DNA of 64,000 nucleotides from Carcharhinus amblyrhynchos (Eukaryota): assembly GCA_965287045.1 (NCBI GenBank), contig OZ336874.1, positions 47,926,001 through 47,990,000 of the forward strand, given 5' to 3'. Shown here piece after piece: positions 26,031-36,811 of the stretch (its first letter is position 1; each line of letters opens with the position of its first letter). The notes under the pieces are model-generated. The model worked only from the letters and a program-made list of their open reading frames with translations. It searched no databases and was not told the origin of the DNA. Both the position numbers and the translations under genes were made by a program.

Positions 26031-26919
26031 ACGTATCAAGTAATTTGTCAACAACAAAAACACAAAATGCTAGAAAATCTCAGCAGGTCTGGTAGCATCT
26101 GTGGAGAGAGAATAGAGCCAATTCAAGCCTCCATGACCCTTCATCAGCAGTGAAACAGTACTAATATTCACCAAAAGTTCAGCATTCCTTACTAAACTGA
26201 TCACCCTTGTGCAATCCCTTAGTCTGCACCTTCAATGTGCCTTTACCTTCCCTAGTCCAGCCATGGGAGTGTTTTCCTAGTGGTTGCAGGATGGATAGTT
26301 TCTGTGATGGAAGGTTCCTAACTTTTAATTGAGGAGTGCCATTCTCAGTAAAAGGCATGGCATTTTCATAACTGTAAACATGGACTCTGCTCATATGGAA
26401 GCTTCTAGAACTATTTGTTTAAAAACCAACACTGATGAATTGTTAAGTTGACTGCCAAGGGGATCAAGTGACGTTAGCAACCTTGATCCAGACTATCAAG
26501 CTTCAAGACTTTTCCAAATTGAATCACACTGGGTGGGGGCCTCCCCCTTGAATGGACATGCCTAGACAATACTCCTTTGTGGACTTCATGCCTGCCATTG
26601 TTTGAAGCTCCAAAACATGGAGTCAATGGAGTTCTAGATTCTATGGTCTGGATCTTCACAACAGAAGACAGCATCTCCATCCTGGAAATAGCTTTAAATT
26701 CCAAGTCATACCCCTGAGCGCTGCATTTCCTGTCTCGATGGGGGTGGGATTGGAGTTGGACCAGGGGGTCACACAACCGCAATCCTTGGAGGTAGCTGGC
26801 TATTTACTGAATGCTTGGAGGTAGCTGCCTTCACTGAAGTGGGATCTTGATAGAACAGGCGTGCAGAATCCAGACTGTGAGTATTAGGCCTGGAGTTGGT
26901 GGGTGCATTTGAATAGTCA

Positions 26920-27240
26920 GGCTACCCCTTTGGAGAGGTAAGATACCCCTTTGGATAGGATTCAGAAATACCTTTGGGCGAGGTAAGGTATCCTTTGGGA
27001 TTGTTAAAAGTGAACGTGCTTTTTAACGTGCAAACTCATTGAAACTATCGAACTGTTGAAGAACTGTCAAAGAATTGTCTAGCTGTCAAGGAAGTGTTAA
27101 AAAGTTGTCCAGCTGTCAAGGAAATGTAAAAGCTGTTCAGAAAGTGTCAAACCCATCCAGGATGTGTGAGACATGTTCAAGCTGTCAAAGATGTCCAGAT
27201 GTTCAGCTTGTCAAAAAGCTTTCAAACCCATCAAGGAATT
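26920..27240. repeat. Degenerate minisatellites: ~22-bp unit x4, then a 10/30-bp tgtcaa array
   Basis: tacccctttggagaggtaaga repeats at 26920-27000; gaactgtcaa/agctgtcaag units at 27050-27240. Confidence 0.7.
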
Positions 27241-27779
27241 ATCCAAGAATACCTGCTGAATTGACGTGGAGGGGTTAAGAGCAAAAGTTGGGAGGCAGGG
27301 GGTCTTGGTCTGGCATAATTAGCATTAGGTTGGCATAGGGACGTAAGGAGCAATGGAACTGAGTAAAAGGGCACCAAGTTGGTGCAGGAGGTTTGGAGGC
27401 AATGGTGTGGGTAGAGGGGAACTAAGTTGGCATATGAGTGTGAAGGGCCATGGAGGATAGTTGGGGGTACATGGGTTGGCATAGTTGAGTATGGATGGGG
27501 ATTAGGGAGTTTGTGGGGGAAGGGAGCGATGGCCCAAATTCCACTATCTGTCGTGGCGGGATTTGAATCTGGGGGTCCAGAACATTAGCTGAGTTTCCGG
27601 ATTAACAGTCTAGCGATAATATCACTAGGCCACACACAAAGAGGCTTATAATCACACGCCTCTATCCTTTCAAAAAGAAGCACGCTGATTAAGGACAAAA
27701 AAGAAGTCATTGGGGGATTTAGTTTAACTCTCACTTCAGACTGCACCATTTCAGCCTGGACTAGCTGGCTGCCGGGCAA

Positions 27780-28560
27780 CAGCAGGGATATTGGCAGAGT
27801 GGAAGGGATGGGAGCTGGAACACTACCCTCCAGAGAGGAAAGCAGGTTTATATTTCATGCAGCCACTACCATTATTGAGGGGCAAGGTCCTACTAGCCTG
27901 TTAGAGAAGGTATGGCTTCTCTACTGTGATGCTGTGGAAGCCCTTTATGAACAGTGGATCTAATATGGCAGCAATGTGAGCTTCAATATTACACTCAGAC
28001 CTTTAGCAGCTGTTTGTACCGCAGTGGAAGGCATTGTACTAAGATGTTGGAACAAGCCCTGTGTCAAGTTGGAACTTGGCTCCTCCATTCTCCTTGAGAT
28101 TATGTGCAAGCTTCCTGACAGATTCTCTAATACAGCAAACATTTGTTTATGGATACACATCAGTATTCTTGGGTAATCTTGCTCACCAAAGTCCTCATCT
28201 GCAATGGTAATCGTGTTCAAACTCATCTTTCATTCTGCTCTTTTCTAGTCTCTGAAATACATGCAATCCGTAACTGAGATGCTCGCTGTAGTGTAAGATT
28301 GATTGACAATTTCTTCATGCTCACTGTCATCTTTCGTTTCCTTACCTGACTGGAATAATTCCTGTTCTTGGGTATCTGAAATGAAAAGAAGACAAGGTTT
28401 AGGTTGTGGTGCAGGGAGGAGAGAATGTAAGAAGTGGATGCTTACATTACCTGCAGCTTTTCACACAGAATAGATTGTGGGATGGGAGGGATGTGTGAAA
28501 GGAGAAAGAGGATTTGGTATTCCATCGCCCTCATCATTGATCCCTGAAATAAGTTGTTTT
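27780..28560 (-). pseudogene. Putative Harbinger partner-gene (Myb/SANT-type) C-terminal remnant
   Basis: ORF 27960..28226 (DEDFGEQDYPRILMCIHKQMFAVLENLSGSLHIISRRMEEPSS) is convergent with the transposase, with splice-site-like sequences nearby. The Myb domain itself is not seen. Confidence 0.4.
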
Positions 28561-28830
28561 TTCTTTATTTCATCATAGCGTATGGGTATTGCTCACCCAG
28601 ATCCTTAATCGCCCTTGAACTGAGTGGCTTGCTACGTCATTTCAGAGAGCAGTTAAGAGCCAAGCACATTGCTGGAGTCTGGAGCTGTATGTAGGCCAGA
28701 CCAGGTAAGGGCATTAGTGAACCACATGGGTTTTTGCCACCAGCTACTATGGTGGAATTTGAGCTCATATCCCTCAACATTAGCCTGAGCCTCTGAATTA
28801 CTAGTCCAGTGACATTACCACTGTGCCACT
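28555..28830 (-). mobile_element. tRNA-derived SINE family 2
   Basis: Reverse complement of the ctggactagtaat..ggttcactaatg..cctggtctggcctaca..gccactcagttcaagggc element also seen at 49985 and 59995. Confidence 0.8.
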
Positions 28831-30699
28831 GTGACCAGGTGATAGGCAGGAAAGTGGAGCTAAAGCCAAAATTAGATTGCAGTGATTTTATTGCAAGGTT
28901 TTGGAAGACTAGAAGGGGCAAATGACCCATTTCTTACACTTTGAGCACTAGCCACTCACAATATTGAGTTTTCTTCTGATGCAAGTAGTCAATGAATAGT
29001 GCAGAAAGTGCTGACTGCACTCTGCAATCATCTTAAAAAAGCAGGCAGCACTATTTTAGCATGCTGCTTGCCTGGAATGTAAGGCAGAGGCTAATTGTAC
29101 TGGGATCTCTAAGCCTGCTTTGAAGGGGTTAGCCCATTTAATCCCATAACATTTGAGTATTACAGAAAGGTGGAAAGAAACTGTTAAGGGCAGTCAACTT
29201 CAGAACAATTGAATTTCATTGGCAGAGTATTTGAATTTGTACAATGGAAATCAAAAGGGGCAATATTAAAACAACTAATTATACCTATATATCTATGAGC
29301 ACGGCCATTTGAAATGCAACGTGGCACAATGCACACTGAAGCTTCTGGGAACGGAAACATTTTCTTTCTGTGACTGAATTTTTTTTTAAAAACTAATTTG
29401 ATTTCGAGGAGACACATTGAACATTGTATTCATGTACTCATTGTTAATGTATTCGTGGAAAAACAGAAGTTCAGTTCACACAGACTCGCTGTGCTGGAGG
29501 CAGCAGAGGTCTGAGCAGTAGACTGGCAGTGGAGGCTGCAAAGCTGTGCCAGTCATCTGTAGTTGTTTGGATAATGATCTCCAAATATTGTGACAAATGA
29601 CTTTGCTTCTGAATCGCTTTTAATGTAGAGCCAAAACGGGTGCCAGTCTAGTGCTGTGACTGTTCTCGCATAATAAATACCATTGCTCATTGCTGAGGCC
29701 AGGGATATCCATCAACTTAGCATCCAAAAGGGAATCAGTCTTATAATGAGGGGTTGAGGAAGGTGCAACTGTGAGTGAAGTAACTCCTTTGTTGTCCTAC
29801 GATCATTGCAATAGCAGATAAATGTGCGGACAGGCAAGATACTTGACTACTGCTGTTGATACAGCTGGCTATTAATTCCCTCTGCACATTCGAAAGGGAA
29901 AGGGAACAGCCAAGTAGCCTCATCTTCATTTAGCAGAGAAATGGCCATTTTTCCAGGTGTAATTTCTTCTTTGGGAGAATACAACGTGTTATTGCTCAGC
30001 TATTCCCGGATGACAAAATCATTAGCTACTTGTATTCCTTCCAAAACTCCTTCATTAGTATCTGTAAAGCTGGTGGAATGCTGCTAACAAAATTTAACTG
30101 CTGTTCATCATTCCCTGATCCCATGACCATTGCCTAAGGATTAAGTGGTTTTGCATTTGCCACATCCCCATGAATAGTTTGCTCCTCAGGTAATCCAATG
30201 TAGCTTAAAGACGCTGTTTCGAGAAATTAGTAGTGTTGATAAAATTCCGACTTGTCCTATTCTATATGCCACACTGTCTAAAGTGCCATATCTCTCTGCT
30301 GTCGGGGATGCATGAATGTCCTGGCTTTTCTCGACATCTTGTCAGTTTTTCCTTTGTGTATATCGTAGAGTTTCCAAGAACTGTATGTTCTCATCAAGTC
30401 ACGTTAAACACTGCAAAGTAAGCAGAGGTCAATCTAGATGTAGCCATCACAACAGATTTTTCATGTCATTACTATCATGCATGTGCATATTGAAGGAAGA
30501 ATAATATAATGCCATTGCTTCCAGTCATTAAAGTTAAAATATGTGACTGAGGGAACAAGGGAATGATGAAAACACATTTTTAATTGCCAATCTTAATACC
30601 AGGATGACAGTTTCCGATGAAGACAGCAACAGACTGAACATTCTAGCCATAACATTTAAATCTTAATGAATCACCTACATTTACAGAAAGGAAAACATT

Positions 30700-30955
30700 T
30701 CTTAAATCAGATTTTGGAAGTGATAGATGAGGGATAATTGTTGGCAGAACACTGGGAGAACTCTTCTTTAAATAGTGTCATGGAATCATTTAAATCCACC
30801 TGAAAAAACAGACAGGGCCCCAGTAAACATCTCAAACTTGCAATAATGCAAGGCTTCTTTCACTGCAGTGTCAGTGTAGATTATGCCGTCAAGCTGAGCT
30901 GAGACTTCAACTCACAACCATCTGCCATAGAGGCAACTGAGCCAAACTGACACTA
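30700..30955 (-). mobile_element. Old Deu-domain-type SINE fragment
   Basis: Reverse strand reads caggtggatttaaatgattccatgacactatttaaagaagagttctcccagtgttctgccaacaattatccctca, similar to the AmnSINE1/SacSINE1 core as I recall it. A related tail lies at 57633-57745. Confidence 0.6.
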
Positions 30956-31070
30956 TCTAACCTCCAATCTACAAGAATCTTGCAAAAGTCATATTACCCA
31001 GATAAGCATGCATTAATGTTTGCAGTGATTCATTCAATTGTATCTTCCACGGACTGCTTCAGCAACATAA

Positions 31071-31362
31071 CCGGGGCAACATGGTGGCACAGTGGTTCGC
31101 ACTGCTACTTCACAGTGCCAGGGACCCGGGTTCAATTCCTGGCTTAGATCACTGTCTGTGCGGAGTTTTCCCACCATGTCTGTATGTGTTTCCTCCATGT
31201 GCTCCGGTTTCTTCCCACAGTCCGAAAGACATGCTGACATGCTGGCCATGCTAATTTGTCTCTCATCCAAAAAGGCGCCCGAGTCTGGCGACTAGGAGAT
31301 TTTCACAGTAACTTCATTACAGTGTTAATATAAGCTTACATGTGACACTAATGAATAAATAA
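31071..31362 (+). mobile_element. V-SINE, alternative-tail subfamily
   Basis: A and B boxes, a partial V-domain and the tail gtaacttcattacagtgttaatataagcttacatgtgacactaatgaataaa. Confidence 0.85.
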
Positions 31363-32117
31363 CTGACAGCACTGCATTATCCATTTTAATACTGGAATAA
31401 CTTTTAACTGACTAAGGCACCCATTGAATTATTCAACACTGATGATAGAGGATAAATTGGTCATTCCTTCCACTTATTCGAAGATATTAATGGGATCAGA
31501 ACTGAGGGCAGAAATATAATTAAACTCTGTGTCAAGACTCTTTCCATTCAATCAGCTTACTAAAGTTATGCAAAGGCATAGTTCAACATTTTAACCTGAT
31601 ACCTTAATGGCAGTTGCATAAGCCTTCGGGGGGGGGATATTCCCTATGTGTCTCGGACTTTTGCAATTGGATTTTACTGTAGATTCCAGTTTAGTGGTCA
31701 ACCCTGTTCCATAATGGATTATGATGCCATTAAACCTCCTGCACAACTGTGCAAATTCCTCAGGTTAGAACTCCGCAGTTCAGAAAATACTTTGGACAGC
31801 CCTGAATTATTCTAGTGTTTATGTTTGGCTTTTTTTGAAGGGACTCCAGGTCTGGAAATTGAAAGACCCTCCTTCGATGCACTTCTGTACCCTCCTATTC
31901 TGTGTCGCATTGTCTTGCAAGTGGAAAAGTAGTGAATGCTAAGACAAAATAGGTAGACATAAGGAAGTAAGTTTTGCAAAAGGAATTAATTATGCATCAG
32001 CAAGACCTCAGCTCCACTGTTCCCTCATCACGTCAAAGGCCCTGGCACCATATTTAAACAGATCCCAGGCAGATATTCATTCAGTACAAGCTAACTGTTG
32101 TGGTGAAGAACAAAACT

Positions 32118-34020
32118 GTGGCACCCAAGTGAAGCAAACTCTCTGCACCACTGTTCAGCAAAGTTGTTTTCCTCGGGACTTTCCTCCAGGCTGCCTAGGG
32201 AAGGCTGGAGCTCCTCTTTCCAAGAGATGGGAGCAGGATATCCTCACACCTGACCACACCAACCTGGGAGGTGTTCGCTGGGGTGGTTAACTCCTGGAGA
32301 ACACAGAGAAGGATTACCCTGCAGTTTTGGAAATGGATGAATTATCTGCTGCACTCCACCTGGGTAAGTGAAGCTTCCACTCGCACACACATGTGGGCAT
32401 CAGGCAGCCTAAGAGTTAGAGTCCACAGGAGCATCACATATAACAAGCATGTGGGACATCAGCATTGAATGTGTCAGCCACTTTAAGCTCAACTTCACAT
32501 GCAAGTTCTTGCATAAAAGGCATCTTAATCTCTTGCTGGGGCCCTGGGCGTCAACAGAGGAAACGGCAACGCATGCTTCTGAACTGCTCTTTCATCCATA
32601 CGGTTTACAGTTAATCCATCTGTCTTCATGCAGGACAAGATTACACCACAAAACAGAGAATCATGACCAGCAGGGGAACCCTTAAACTTTGACAGGGTCT
32701 GTAACTTGAGGAACAGGCTGCAAAGCTTACTTCTGCATGGAAGATGAGATAGTCCTCCCCCAACCAGCCAGTGAGGGTGCATCCAATATACATCACAGCA
32801 CGCGAACAATGAATATGAGTGAATTTTAATGTTTAAACTTGCTTATTCAATCACTAATTCTCTTTTCTCTCTATTCCAGGTATCAGTAAGAAAAGGGGAA
32901 ACACTTCTTCCAAAACAAAACTCAGTCCCAGACCATTTGGTGATCCAAAAGTGCGCAACTTAGATGGATTGGCCATGCTAAATTGCCCTTTAGTCTCCCA
33001 AGATGTGCAGGTTAGGGGGATTAGTGGGATAAATGCATAGGCTACAGGGATAGAATGGGGGTATGGGTCTGGGTAAGTTGCCCTGTCAGAGAGTTGGTGC
33101 AGACTCCATGGGCCAAGTTACCACCTCCTGCACTGTAGGGATACTGTGATTTGTGAGGAGGGAGCAGGATTATCCTCAGGTGAAGAACTGTCACTACATT
33201 CACCAGTACCTTCCATCAGCGCAGTTGCATACGCTTCAGTGGGACCTAGTTCTTGAGTGGGTTCGGGATCATGACCTGGTGATCACCTCACAGATATGAG
33301 ACCACTACTGCAGCGACAGCCGAGGTCTCAGAAGCTCAGGACTACTGGAGACCAGGCCCTGCTTTGGCTGAGTTTATTGACATGCCTTTGAAATTGGAAT
33401 TATGAGACTCGTTGGAGTGCAAAGACAAACAAGGGAACGTCAAGCGGATTTGTCAAAGGCCGTCCGCAGATTGGTCCAGAGCATTCCACTCATGTTCTGT
33501 CTGATGTTGTACTCTGGCATTGGAGTGTATCGAAGTCTCCATTCGATTAGTGATAGCCACCTTGGAAACACACATCCAAGAAGGCTGGATTTTCACTCAG
33601 AGCTGCACACCATTGCCCTAGCCATGGGTGCATTCTAGCAGTGGCTAGGCGAGAGGGGGATAGGGCAACCTGACTCCCTCCAGTTGCCCCTTCTCCTCAA
33701 GGAGTCAGGGAGTTGCTATCGGGAATGCAGAGGAAGGACTGCTAGATAGGCAACCTGGAGACATTTACCCAGAACACTCTCAAGGTTGCACTGCTGCTCC
33801 AGATCTACTCTGCCAGTTACCGCATCGCTTCCAGCAGATAAGGCCTAGGAGGGTCCGTCTGCATCTGGGCACAAGCCCCTTGAGAGGCCCAGCATGTTAA
33901 GGTTTTAAACCAACAGAGAATGCTCACCAAAGTCATCTCTAACAACCGTGCATAGTAATCAGCAGGCTGCCTCCACCTCAGCTGTGGATATTGAGGCTGG
34001 GCCTCGACATAATGATGGGG
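32118..34020 (+). pseudogene. Harbinger Myb/SANT-like (NAIF1/MSANTD-type) spliced gene remnant
   Basis: 32118-32363 encodes APLFSKVVFLGTFLQAA*GRLELLFPRDGSRISSHLTTPTWEVFAGVVNSWRTQRRITLQFWKWMNYLLHSTW then gtaagt. Acceptors at 32633 (followed by DKIT..NRE..) and 32879. Contains stop codons. Confidence 0.7.
32935..33152 (+). mobile_element. HE1/V-SINE 3' fragment
   Basis: gattggccatgctaaattgccc..ctcctgcactgtaggga tail. Confidence 0.8.
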
Positions 34021-35829
34021 TTGGGAAGGTTTTGAAGTTTTAAATGTATACTGGTGGTAAGGGTATTGATTTTACACATTTGTAAATGTTGCATTAAAGT
34101 ATCCTTAAATCTGTGGATTCCATTTGTATTCAATTTGCTGCAATGTCCTGTAGTCATTTAAGGAGCCAGAATGTACGCCCAGTGAACTCCCATCTGGATA
34201 TGTAGTTGCAAAAATTCTCAGCCTATCTCACCGCAGTGAGTAGCCTTTATTTCCACATCTGTCACATCATGTGTGACACTGATGTCTGGTCAATACACCT
34301 TTCAGTCTTCAATCTCAGGTCCTGGGCTCTGCAGAAATGCTCATCAAGATTAGTGTTGAACCTGCAGCTGTTGCACTGATGTCTGTTGTTTGTGAATGGC
34401 ACGTGTAGTAGTTGTGACTAAAGTTATATCCATTTCTCCAGTGTGTAACTTGCAGTGGTGTTTACATAGTAATTAGAGGCCATTCAGCCCTTCAGGCTTT
34501 CTCCGCACTTCATTTTGATCATGGCTGATCATCAGAATCAATATCCTGGCGCCCCCCCCCTTCTCCCCACATCCCTTGATCACTTTAACCCCAAACTATA
34601 CCTAATTTCTAACTTCTTGAAATCTATTTCATGAAAAAAGCAGTATCAAACTTCAAAGCCCATAGGCTTTCATTCCTCTCTGTAGGCAGATGTTGTGTCC
34701 ACATTTAGAGCTGAATTCCATGCTGTGTTGTCATTCCCCCCATGGATGATACTGAACTGGGGAAGTAAAAATCAATCGGTAAACTTACAAATGTCTGTTT
34801 GAGAAGTATAAATGTTTGACATCCGAAGTGTCTTGATGAAACTGTCTCCTTACCTGTGACCATCTTACATTGGACCTGGATGGCAGCTTAGCACAATTTT
34901 ATACACTGTTTATGTAAAGGCACAGCACATAACTCAGTCTGGAATTCATTGCATGACAGTGCACCCCTTCACTTAGGGTATCCAGAAAGGAATAGTCTTT
35001 GCAAGCCAGACCGTGTTGAGCACTGTCATGCCTGGAAAGTGATGCATTTGTAAATCTCCTTAGGCCTCAGCAGGGAAGGTATAAAGGGAAGGTTTTGTCA
35101 TTGTTTGTTGTGTCAATGCTGACTCGCCAAGCTTCACCCAAATGCAAAGGTCATTCAGAACAGACTTGTAAGGCTTCTGACACTTGCAGGGTCCTGAGTG
35201 TTTGATACTGATCAGCCGTTGTCCTGGTGAGGTAATCTCTGTGAGGAGAATGCAAACAAGCCTCACAGTTTTACTGCATCACAGAGATATAAAGGTCACA
35301 GTGTCCTGATGTGTGAAAGGCAATTAAGAGGCAGTAACAAGATGCTGCCTCAGCATTTTGTATTGATGAGAAGTGGTGGTGGGACAAATGGAGCTCTCCG
35401 GTTGCCACTCCCTGTTCAGATATCCAGACGCAAAGCATTAAAAAGTGGAATATGTATCTTACTGTGCTGGTATCATAATGACATGAGGGCATCCCTGTGT
35501 AATTTGGAATTGCAGCTGCTTAGAAGTTACCATGGACACTGACTTGTTGAAGCCATGGGTGAAAGGACTGTATGATGTGGGGTTGCTTCAGGACATGTGA
35601 GAATTACTCACGTTTCCACAACATCCACATGTTGCCAAGGCTACTCTCCCTTCCATGGCTGATCCCACCATTGGGGCATACTGTGACCCATGATATTTCT
35701 ATGATCATTGTGATATATTTGATCTTTCATGAGATGTTTGAGCTGAGAATGAAGGTTTTGAGACTTCCTGTACAACAGGGCCTGAAAAATAATTTAATTA
35801 TGAGAATTTGTCATCACCTCACTCCTCCC

Positions 35830-36240
35830 TGAATCTTGTAGCTTTCAGGTTGTCATGGGTATGTCTGCCCACATTCAGTGGCATCTTTATATGGCTCATC
35901 TGAATCCTCACCTCTTCAGACCCATCAATGTCAACATCCTCCTAGTCCAAGGAGATATCTAGCTAATCATTGCCTCTTTCATGCAACACATTTTTGCAAT
36001 GCAAGGTTCAGCAGGGAGCCACAAACAATGATGTTGCAGGACACTCTCTCTGGCAAGTATTGAAGGTCCTGTGTAACCAGTCCAAACAATATAAACTCAT
36101 CATTCGCTCTAGTAAGGACCTTATGGTAAGTTGTACTGTAATGTATCTCTCCTCAGCTACTCAATGTGTATGACGAATGAATTTCATTAGCCAGGTCTTC
36201 TGGGACTAGCCTTTGTGCCTGAGGAGCCAATCCTCCCCCA
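35830..36240 (-). pseudogene. Harbinger transposase C-terminal remnant
   Basis: Minus strand reads DWLLRHKG*SQKTWLMK..AEERYI..RSLLERMM..CLD..LQYLPERVSCNIIVCGSLLNLALQK, matching the WLLGDKGYP..WLM..E.RYN..R..IE..LQY.P..C..LHNLA pattern. Confidence 0.78.
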
Positions 36241-36368
36241 ATAGCATGGCCACAGCCGCAGAATACGTAGTGAACTTTCCCCGATAGCATAGCCACAGCC
36301 CCAGGATATCCGCTGAACCTTCCCTCAATATCTTGGCCACAGCCCCAGGATAGTTGCTGAACCTTGCC
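36238..36368. repeat. ~43-bp tandem repeat x3
   Basis: Units of the form atagcatggccacagccccaggata..ctgaac(c/t)ttccc. Confidence 0.8.
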
Positions 36369-36811
36369 CATACTGAATGATGGAGTAGGCCATAGTATGG
36401 CACATAGCACAGAGCAGTGAATTACAGCAGTAGATTGTCTTGATTTAAAGGAGAAAATTTAAACATTTTGACTTCGAGAGGGAAGTATTTCTCTTCACAC
36501 GCTAGCACCATCCATGATAATTTGTGTCAATGCACACTTGTGGTTTTCCTCTTCTTGTTCTCCCCTTCACCCCCTCAAATAAAAGGGGGGAGGGTGCAGG
36601 GAGCAGGGGGCATTGACGTATTGTCACAAAAAGGCACAATGCTTGCTCTACATATGCATTTTATAAGGAAAAGACCAAGTTGAGCAGGCTAGACAAAGAT
36701 TGGGTGCAAATCCCATCTTACAATTTTCGACTTTGTCTCCCCTACCTCAACAATGCCAATTTTGATAGGCACAGCGGCTGTTGTGTGGATGGAAAATTCA
36801 GCCTTCTTCGA

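Larger units (their letters stand above)
23730..29140. mobile_element. Fossil two-gene PIF/Harbinger transposon A (ends approximate)
   Basis: Transposase remnant on + and a convergent partner-gene remnant on -, interrupted by CR1, SINE and MITE insertions. Confidence 0.55.
31800..36803. mobile_element. Fossil two-gene PIF/Harbinger transposon B (left end approximate)
   Basis: Myb/SANT gene on +, convergent transposase C-terminus on -, and right end ggaaaattcagcc resembling MITE ends elsewhere in the window. Confidence 0.6.

Noticed and set aside
26920-27240. CRISPR-like array
   Set aside because: The units are degenerate tandem repeats without unique spacers, there are no cas genes, and the context is vertebrate.
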